DNA of 64,000 nucleotides, taken from contig NC_042999.1 in the NCBI RefSeq assembly GCF_006345805.1, positions 91,016,001 through 91,080,000 on the forward strand. Direction: 5' to 3'. Under the pieces are notes generated by a model. That model had not been told where the DNA came from. It searched no databases and saw nothing but the letters and a program-made list of their open reading frames with translations. The first letter of the stretch is position 1. Each line of letters starts with the position of its first letter. Below, one piece after another: positions 55,075-64,000 of the stretch. The stretch comes from Octopus sinensis. Taxonomy: Eukaryota. The translations under genes were made by a program, and so were the position numbers.

Positions 55075-55833
55075 ATCCGTATCATCTAACATGTGAGTAT
55101 GACTGTATTCATATGACTTTTTACTTGTTCCAGTCTTAGTGTTCTGTACATATTGGGGGATCTCCCATAACGAGTTATCGTAATCCATTATAATGGCGCC
55201 AGTTCTTGCATTATAGACCTCGTAAGATAGAAAGATAATAATGAGTAGGGACGAAGCCAAGACAGAAAATGTCACAAAGTAGCTTCTACCGATAATCCCT
55301 CGCCAACACAAACATAAACACACGTTATACACATACACCCATGGATACATATATGCATATATACATATATGCACATACACACTATGTTCATGTTAACATA
55401 TTAACGATATCGCTCGAAACTATATTAAAAATGACAACATGTAGGGAATTATCATACCAGCTTTTATATCGGCTTACGCGTATATATATGTGCTTGTGTG
55501 TGCGTGTGTGTGTTCATACATACATACAAACATGCATACATAAATATATCTATATATGCATACGCACATACACACACTTATGTATGTATGTATGTATGTA
55601 TGTATGTATGTATGTATGTATATATGTATGTATACTTCGATATTGATATTCTTCGTAAATTTGTGTATATATGAATATATTAGTCATTCAAATTCCTTAT
55701 TAGTCCGATTTTCACATGTTATTTCTCTATTTTTACAATTTTACAATATTACATAATGCAAGATTATAAGTACTTTCATGTTGTATGGAAGAAACAAAGT
55801 GAAATATACAATTTTTCGAATAAAAACAGTATG

Positions 55834-56067
55834 CAGTAAACTTTCAACTATCGCAGGTGTTACGTTCCAAAACCGCCGCGATATGTGAAAATCCGCGAAG
55901 CAGAAACATTACTGTCCTGTATACTTTTTCGCTATATTTATAATTTGTATATATTTATTTTATTATAAATGCAAAACAACACCATGGAGGAATCGACGTA
56001 AGCTTAAATAATAAACCGCAATAGGTGAATCGCGATAGGTGAAACACAATATAACGAGAGATTACTG
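55834..56067. mobile_element. pogo/Tigger-like MITE
   Basis: CAGTAAACTTTCAACTATCGC at the left end; ATAACGAGAGATTACTG-TA at the right end; internal CCGCGATA repeats. Confidence 0.65.
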
Positions 56068-57289
56068 TATTCTCTTCTTATTAATAAACTTCAGGTAAAT
56101 ATTTATGTAGTAGTATCATTAACAATCAACTAATGTGCTTCACGTTTGTCAACTGTGAAATAACCGAGTACTCTTTGTAAATCGTAACGGTTTGATGAAT
56201 GTGGTATCGCAGCTGATATTGATTGCACTTGTCTATAGAAACATTTTAACCAATCAAAAGCATATCAGATTAATAACGGTTTGAAATTTTGGCACAAGAC
56301 CAGCAATTTTAGGCGAAGGGGTTCTGTCGATTTACATTGATCCCAGTGCTAGACTGGTACTTATTTTATCCACCCCGAAATATGAATGGCTTCATTGCTC
56401 TCGCAGGGATTTGAAATCAGAACGTAAAATGCTGGAGAAAAATACTGCACTTTTCTTTTTCGAAACTCTAAAGATTCTGCCACCTCGAGGCCCTACTGTT
56501 CAGAATAACAATGGCTTCAAATTCTGGCACAAGGCCAGCAATTTCGAGAACAGGGAGAGCTGATTTCATTGACCACGGTGATCAACTGTTCGTTATTTTA
56601 TCGACCCCAAAAGGATGAAAGGCAAAGTCGACTTAGGCGGTATCTGAACTCAGAACGTAAAGATAGACAACATGCCGCTAAGCATTTCGCCCGAAATGCT
56701 GACGATTCAGCCAACACGCCGCCCAATATTAATACAGCTTTGAAAAATAATTACATTTAAATCAATATTGATATTGTTCTTCTTCCTAGGGAGGCAAGCT
56801 CGTAGAATCGTTAGCACGCTACCCAACTAAATTCTTAGCGCCATTTCACTCGCCTTTATGTTCTGAATTCAAATTCCGCCGAGGTCGAACATTTGAGTAG
56901 ATGTAATTAATTAGCTCTTTTGCTACTTTCACTTGAATCACAATTTTTGTAAATTAAGAAATATTAGAAATATTTTCATGCCGCAGGTTTGCAGATGATT
57001 TCTTAATAGAAACTCATGTACATTTTCATCCCTATTTTTTTGCCGACATGCTCCTGTGCGTTCCGGTAATGAGTTTTCATCTAGCCTAGATATATATATA
57101 TGTCTGTAAAATCTGGATATTTGATGCAGTTGATCATATTTCTGCAGTTCATGATTGCATACTGGAACGTTCTACGTCCGATTTTTCTGTTGATATACTC
57201 ATCGATATGTGTGAACTGATATATGCCACACTGAATATCGTGGCATTTAGATACCATATATGTTTTATCATTACAGTTTAGGTCAAACT

Positions 57290-57760
57290 TTGCGTTTGTC
57301 AATATATAATCAAACGTAACGAAACAGTTATGCCTGGAAACATAACCACCGCAAAAAATAGACGCGATTTCCATCCATCTGCCTATGAGGAGGCGGTGTC
57401 AGGTCAAACAGTCAACTATGAACAGACAGACCCGTCTGCTATTGTCACTGTCAATGCTTTAATGACAAACCAAAACTCATGCCGGCCTTGTTATCACCCG
57501 GGACAACAAGGAACGCGTTACTCAGTGGAGAACCAGATTGGGGTCGGAAATGTTGCTGCTGGAACAAAGTCTCAAAATAAAACGATCTACTAGGAAACTA
57601 GATCCAGAATAATCTTAACACTAGACCTGTAGTGACGCCACCAAAAATATCACCTACAGAAAAACGCATAAAATGGACTAGAGAGGATTATAGAGATGTG
57701 TTGAGAGCTTTCTATACAGCCAAACTAAACCCAAACAATAACTTCATAATACAAACTGAC
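57290..57760 (+). mobile_element. 5' end of an R4/Dong-type LINE ORF, truncated at (ATT)n
   Basis: KRIKWTREDYRDVLRAFYTAKLNP resembles the N-terminal motif of this clade; abuts a long (ATT)n. Confidence 0.5.
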
Positions 57761-57765
57761 ATTTA

Positions 57766-57821
<56 letters not shown>

Positions 57822-57896
57822 GTTATTATTATTGCCATTGTTGTTGTTGTCATTATTATTATTATTACTGCTGTTATTATTTTCATCATCATCAAC

Positions 57897-57990
<94 letters not shown>

Positions 57991-58989
57991 GAATTAATGC
58001 AAATTAAAACAATGAACAAAATGCCCTTAAAACCAGTAGAACACATCGTTTACAGAAAATATTTGATAGCAAATTGTGTACGCGTACGTAATAACAGTGG
58101 TAAATAAATGATTCGAGAATGAACTTGAGAATGTTAGTAAGTAACTTTATAACGATGATAATAAAGGATGTGGACTTAACGATATAGCTATTTGGAGTTA
58201 ATCGGTGGCTAGCAAAGTTAATGTACTGTATTCTCTGAATGATTTTACTCGGTACGTATGGAAAACAGTAGAATAATAAAGACAGAAAACAAAGGGTAAG
58301 CACAAGGAAGATATTATTTACGGTACATATCTACTGATTCCTATTTAACAAACTAGTGAAGAACAAACGCATTATAACGTCAAATGAGTGAGGTCTGCTT
58401 CGAAACAAATAAAAAAGAACGTGACTTTTACGTAAGTAAAATTAGGAACATGGAATGAATAAATTACGTATAGGAGGTCACATTAAGGTTAAATTCTGCG
58501 TATTCGTGCAAAGCTATTGGGTTCCCATGCGAAGCTGCTGGGATCCTGAGCAATTCCTTAGCCTTGGTGTGCCCTAGCACTGCCTCTGATTATATTCACT
58601 TATCCCCACTTTGCTCTTTCATGTCGTAGTGAAATAAATGCAAACTATTTACGAGGAATACGAAAATTGTAAAATAGTATTTTAATTTTCTGTAAGTTAC
58701 ATGCATGAACTGCTGGTGGTGGCGGGCTTAATTGGTGCACGTCGGTGGCAGATTTTGTTTAAAAGTATTTAGGAAAATTCTATGTCGGAAATTCCGTCAT
58801 CTAATCGCAAGAAACATGAAGATAAAAGAAATTTTAAGACAGCAAGGGAGGAAAATTTTACCATCAGAAAGAGGCAAATCTTGTCTCTTATCTGCCATTT
58901 TTTTTCTGTTATGAAAGCAATAACTTGAAACAGCAGTTATAAATCTAAAAACGTCATAGAAAGTTATCCCGTTACTAATTTAAGTCAAA

Positions 58990-60060
58990 GTAAAACAAAC
59001 AAACAAATAAATTAACTCCCCTAAAACATCACAGGAGATACTGGATGACAATGTTCATGAAGGAAGCCAATACAAGGACTGAAGCTAATTTGTAATGTTT
59101 TACAATGCCGTTTGTGTTGAACGTTCATTCTCAGAACAATAAGAATGTATAGCTGAATATATTACAGAAGATAATGCATTGAAAGAACAGCTCGTATTTA
59201 CATTAAAATGCATACGAAAGGGTTTTAATACATGCTGACGTTCATTTTAATATATCATCAGTGTGGCAACAGATGGAGCAAATCAATGGTGAGGAAAAAG
59301 AATGTAATATTAATTGCAGATATGAAAGTGATACCATTTTTCTAGAAGTTCACATCGCTCTTTGTATTTCCCTCATGAACATTTGGCATATGCAAGTGAT
59401 ATAAAATCTGTCCTTGAAAGTCAGAATTGATTTAGATGGCCAAGTTCACTATTCCAGCAAGTTTTTGAAAAGTGGCGGTTGAGGATACACATAGATACCC
59501 CTGTGTAGTGAAGTCGCTGTCAACTTAAAATAATTTGAATCTGTTTTTGGATCCACTAGAGCCTGTTATTACATAAATGGAAAGGAAAGGTAAACAGATT
59601 CCCGATCTGATGTTCCTTACAAATATAATGAATCATCTGCGACCTCTTGACTCAGCAATCCAAGGGAAGGATAAGATTAACTTTTAAATGACTTAATTTT
59701 TACCATGCAGAATAAAATAATAGTTTTTCAAAGATACACTTAGTCCAGAAACTTCAATCACTTTCCCAGTAAAATACTCAATATTAAAATAAAGGTCACA
59801 AATTAGAAGAATGCAAATATACATTACAACGACAATCTTGATAATCTCATAGCCAGTTCCTGCAAGTCAGCTGTGACAAAAGCAGTTCTTCGCCTCTCTA
59901 TAAATCAATCAATGGTTGAAGTGTGCAATGATATTTGTCTAATTATTGATATTCTAGTTTTAGAACCATCTGCTATAGAAGTAGAAATAAAGGAATTGCA
60001 GGAGAATCTGAGTTTCAACATGATTCACAGAACTTATCTTACGATTGAGCCTTGAGAGGC
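58990..60060 (+). mobile_element. hAT transposase fossil (SPIN/GTF2IRD2-like subgroup)
   Basis: ISVATDGA (~59257-80), degenerate C-x-x-H-E-H-L, DLMFLTNIMNHL..L...IQGK (~59604-70), EIKELQENL; many stops and frameshifts. Confidence 0.7.
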
Positions 60061-62951
60061 CCAGAAATAAAATATTTACATCCGAAACGCACAAATGTGC
60101 GACTCATCTTAATTTCCAGTTGAACTTATTTCTCGAAATCACTCCACACTTTGATGAAGCTTGTGAATTCGAACCAGCAGTAAATCCTTACGAATAAAAA
60201 CCTGGTGCAGCAATTCCGTACAACCTTGGCATATAACCAGTTTTTCAAACACTTACAGATAAGGCGGACATTCATAAAACTTCTGCTCTGACTACCCACA
60301 GTTAAAATAGCTTGCGGTTTCAATCGAGGTGAAGAAGCAGTTTATAGTCTTTCCTTCTTGTGTCTGACGTTGTTTTTGCCCATCATTTACAATTCTGATT
60401 GTTTTATCAAGAGCTAAACCCCCTACTGCTATATGTGACTATGCTCCTACTGTACTTTACATTCATTACTTTAGCACTAGTCTTTAAGCAGTCGCGGTGC
60501 TCAAAGCTTTAGCTGTCACCTAGCTCTTAAAAACCAAGTACATGTTTCTGTAAGTGCTATTCTGGGCGATGAAGGTCGTATTCTGCTGTATATCAATCAG
60601 GACTTATTTAGGGTTTAATTCTGAGGGAATACAGGAGTAAACATTTTTGTTTGAAATGTACTTTCCTCCTTGTTCATTCTTGGATAAATCCATCGGACAA
60701 AAAGCACTATCTCTTGTGATGTAGCTCGTCCTTTCCAACTTTTCTTTGTTCTGACTCAGACTGAGTTGCCTCTGTTGATCCTTATGTTTAAGAAACAAGG
60801 AAATGTTGCGTTTGCATTTTCTGTAGAACCTTAGTCAAGGTTCCAGCAATATTACTTGTGTGTCTTCTATTGTATGAAGTTACATATAAATGAACCTCTG
60901 TCATTATGTTTCATGTATCATTGTCTCTTAAAAAAATAAATTCGTTATAAGAATCTCTTCCAGAGAATTCTGCGGCGTCATACAACGCGAGGAAATATGT
61001 GCTTGCCCTCTCCAGTCAAGGAATGCTTAGTCAATGTTTCGTTGGTATGTGTGCATTTCAGACAGGCCCAGCTTTATAATGGGGCCAACAACCTACCTGA
61101 CCTCTATGCAGCCGACAGTACTACGGTGATGGCAGCATATGCCGTTTTTCGTTTCGAACATGACCCACTTTAAGATTTCTAGTTTCCACAACTCTAGTTT
61201 CCACAACTCTAGTTCTAAGGTCAGAATATAAAGAAAGATGGAGATTCTCATTGACAGTGAGAGAGAGGTGTGTGATTAGAAAGAATTTCAATGGATGCCA
61301 TATAGCCTAACCACCATGCGAATGTTGTTGCACATTGAAGCAACGCAGTCTTTTAAAATTGATTCGAAGTAGCTACTTGGAAAATAGGTGCTAGTTCGAC
61401 CGTAATAAAAGCTTTCGATTATTGCAAATTAATCAGAGCTCCACCGATACCAGCCTGTATATTGAATCGCATAATGTTAAAGTTGTGATGGACAGATCTT
61501 TTAGAGAGTGCATATTTCTGACTTTCCCGATGACAAATTTACCTACAACAGTCGCCAACTTCCTACTAGAACTGTGGCTGAAATTTTAAACTCTGTCTTC
61601 AACTGATTTATATGACAATAATGAATGGAAACGTACTCTTTGTTCTTCTTTAGCTATTTACCACATTTTTACATACAACACTGAAAATTTTTCAGTACTG
61701 CTTTCACTTTCAGTATCTATATTCCAAAACGAAGGTTAATATGTCCTGCTTGTATGCATAAAACTCGTAAGCTTTGATTTCTTATTTTGCCTCGTAACCG
61801 ACACTTCATCAACAACTGTAACCCAATTGCCGTTATCAATATTTCGCAGCCCTCAACATTTTCGTCGATAGTCATGGGAGGTCTTTGATGATAATATTAC
61901 TTCCGATTACATACAACACTCATCGTGCGCCTGATCAGTTGAGCAAAATAGTAGTAGAAGGTTTCGGATATCTACTTCGAACTGAGGAGCACTCGCTTGT
62001 CTTTGTATGTCAAAGATCAAAAACCGACTTGTTTGCTACAGCACACATCTGTCACTTAAGCTTCTTGAACGGTTCTCCTTCACTCATATCGGAGTGCATT
62101 TATCCTAAGCTCTAACACCACAACCATCGGGCACTGCTCTGAAACCTAAAATAGACGAGGCCTCGTACATCGCTTGCATTGCCTTCGCAAAACACCTCTA
62201 GTAATTTCTTCATTAGCTTAATTTCTAATTTATTCTTCTTTTTACGCTATTTCTCGTTTATTGCAATTTCTCTGCTAAATACAAGATTTAATCTTGTGAC
62301 ATTGACAGAGGGACATACACATAGATGTTAGCAACCGAATTCTCTCAAAGTTTTTCGCGCGTGAGTCAATCATGAGATGCTAGACTACATGAAATCAGAC
62401 GGCCGTGTAATAATTTGTTAATTGAAATTGCCGCCGTATTTTTATGGAGTTATAAAATTATGAAAAACAATTCTGAATTGGTGATACATATATATGCATT
62501 GGTACCTAATTGATAATGTCTAAACTCTATTGAAATAGCTTTTTTTATGTAGGAAACTGATTCTTTTCCTCTTGGTGTTCATATTTATTCAATGGGTTTA
62601 GGCCGGTGCGCAGTCAAACGCACACTCGCACGTGCCCACACCGTATATATTTATGTACACACACACACATACACACACACACACATACACACTCACACAC
62701 GCACACACGCACATACACTCACACACACATATATAGGTTATGAGAGGTTATGATGTCAAGAAGACCCAAAGGCATCAGATAGTGCTATGGTGTTAAGCTG
62801 CAGGTTCGGTGATTATGCGAATGAGAATCCAACGTAGGTCAAATATCAGCATGCATATATATATATATATAAACAGAATGAGATAAAGATCCAAGGTTCT
62901 CTATTTCATATCTTATCTAGAATAACTATAGCTTAACCATTTTCTCACACC

Positions 62952-62999
62952 GTCTCCGATGAGGGGATATATAAAATATCCCGGAAACAGCTGTAAGAC
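62952..62999 (+). ncRNA. Minimal type I hammerhead-like motif with variant core (CCGAUGA)
   Basis: GTCT-CCGATGA-G-GGGATAT/ATATCCC-G-GAAA-CAGCTG-TA-AGAC: 4-bp stem I, 7-bp stem II, palindromic stem III, GUA triplet. The U4>C core change may inactivate it. Confidence 0.65.
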
Positions 63000-63060
63000 C
63001 TATTTATGAATGTCCTGAAATATTTCACAGCCTTGGATTTTTTATCTCATTCTCTTAATT

Positions 63061-63098
<38 letters not shown>

Positions 63099-63137
63099 AG
63101 ACAGACTAACATACATTTGTGCACAGGTATGAATAGG

Positions 63138-63300
63138 CGTGGGCGTGGCTGTGTGGTAAGAAGATTGCTTTCCAACCACATGCTTCCAAGTTCACTCCCA
63201 TTGCGTGACACCTTCATCGACTGCCTTCGGCTATAGTCTCGAGCCGCTCAAAGCATTGTGAGTGGATTTGGTACACGGAAACTGAAAGAAGCTTGTCGTA
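63138..63300 (+). mobile_element. tRNA-derived SINE 5' part, same family as 6-384
   Basis: GGCGTGGCTGTGTGGTAAGAAGATTGCTTTCCAACCACATG... is the reverse complement of the 6-384 head. Confidence 0.8.
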
Positions 63301-63309
63301 TGTATGTGC

Positions 63310-63340
<31 letters not shown>

Positions 63341-63419
63341 ATATATAATATATATATATATATACCGTAAATGTGAAACAAGGTGGAAAAAAGAGTATCC
63401 AAATACCAGTGGTAGAGTA

Positions 63420-63559
63420 ATATGCTTTATTTAAAGCAGCAGAAAATTCAACAAAACCTGTTACTCTGAGTTTCCCGTTGTCGTTCGTCGGAAAACTCTC
63501 CGACGAAACTCAGAGTAACAGGTTTTGTTGAATTTTCTGCTGCTTTGAATAAAGTATAT
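63420..63559. repeat. Palindrome with 55-bp arms (2 mismatches) carrying hammerhead relics
   Basis: 63420-63474 pairs with 63505-63559; inner hairpin TCGTCGGA/TCCGACGA. Confidence 0.9.
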
Positions 63560-63566
63560 ATATAAA

Positions 63567-64000
63567 CTTCAACAATTCATGTCTGTAATGCAAGCCATAT
63601 GCTACAAATGTGTCCCAGAGAGAAAGGCCACTGTACACAAGAACAAAATCTCCAGAGAGAGGAAAATTTTAATGAGACGGCGTACAAAAATGTCAAATCG
63701 CCTAAACAAACAAATTGAAAGCAGTGAAAAGTCCCGCCTGAAAATAAAACTGTTGGAAATTGAAAAATGTCTGCTACTCTCCCATGAAAAGGAAAGAGCA
63801 GACAAAGAAGCCTGGGCTATAGACAACATAAAATCTAACCCCAGAGCTTTCTACAGGTATGTCAAAGAAACAGCTACGGTGCACTGTAGGATAGGGCCAC
63901 TCCTTGAAAAGGATGGCACACCCACAGGAAAACCAATGAGGGTAAGTGAAATACTGAATGAGCAATTCAAGAGTGTTTTCACTCCACCCCTTGGGCATTT
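63567..64000 (+). mobile_element. CR1/L2-type LINE ORF2 fragment, open to the window end (not in the ORF track)
   Basis: Uninterrupted frame LQQFMSVMQAIC..CVPER...IKSNPRAFYRYVKE...IGPLLEKDG...SEILNEQFKSVFT, the EN-RT linker signature of CR1/L2. Confidence 0.85.

Noticed and set aside
61800-62200. Possible copia-like integrase remnant on the minus strand
   Set aside because: Motif spacing did not fit and there were too many stops; cannot be supported by eye.

Overview
AT-rich, repeat-dense eukaryotic (animal) genomic DNA, most likely an octopod cephalopod. That taxon call is inferred from my recollection of the tRNA-derived SINE families and the very high microsatellite load, not from a database search. 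There are no prokaryotic features and no intact long CDS. Almost all ORFs in the supplied track are microsatellite read-throughs or decayed retroelement fragments. Recognisable content: about 15 tRNA-derived SINE copies (one full length with an 11-bp target-site duplication); RTE, R4/Dong-type and CR1/L2-type LINE fragments; a decayed Penelope-like element (RT + GIY-YIG) at ~37.3-40.0 kb; Tc1/mariner and pogo MITEs; a complete non-autonomous Helitron; and a hAT transposase fossil. A few short GT-AG exon candidates of unidentified gene(s) are also present, at low confidence. The most interesting signal is non-coding. A ~880-bp element at 5142-6025 holds two near-identical type I hammerhead ribozymes exactly 473 nt apart in a hairpin-rich direct repeat with an inverted 5' end (retrozyme / Penelope pseudo-LTR architecture). 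It would be predicted to release a 473-nt, possibly circular, RNA. Two further hammerhead-like motifs and several long fold-back palindromes occur elsewhere, all embedded in (TA)n tracts.
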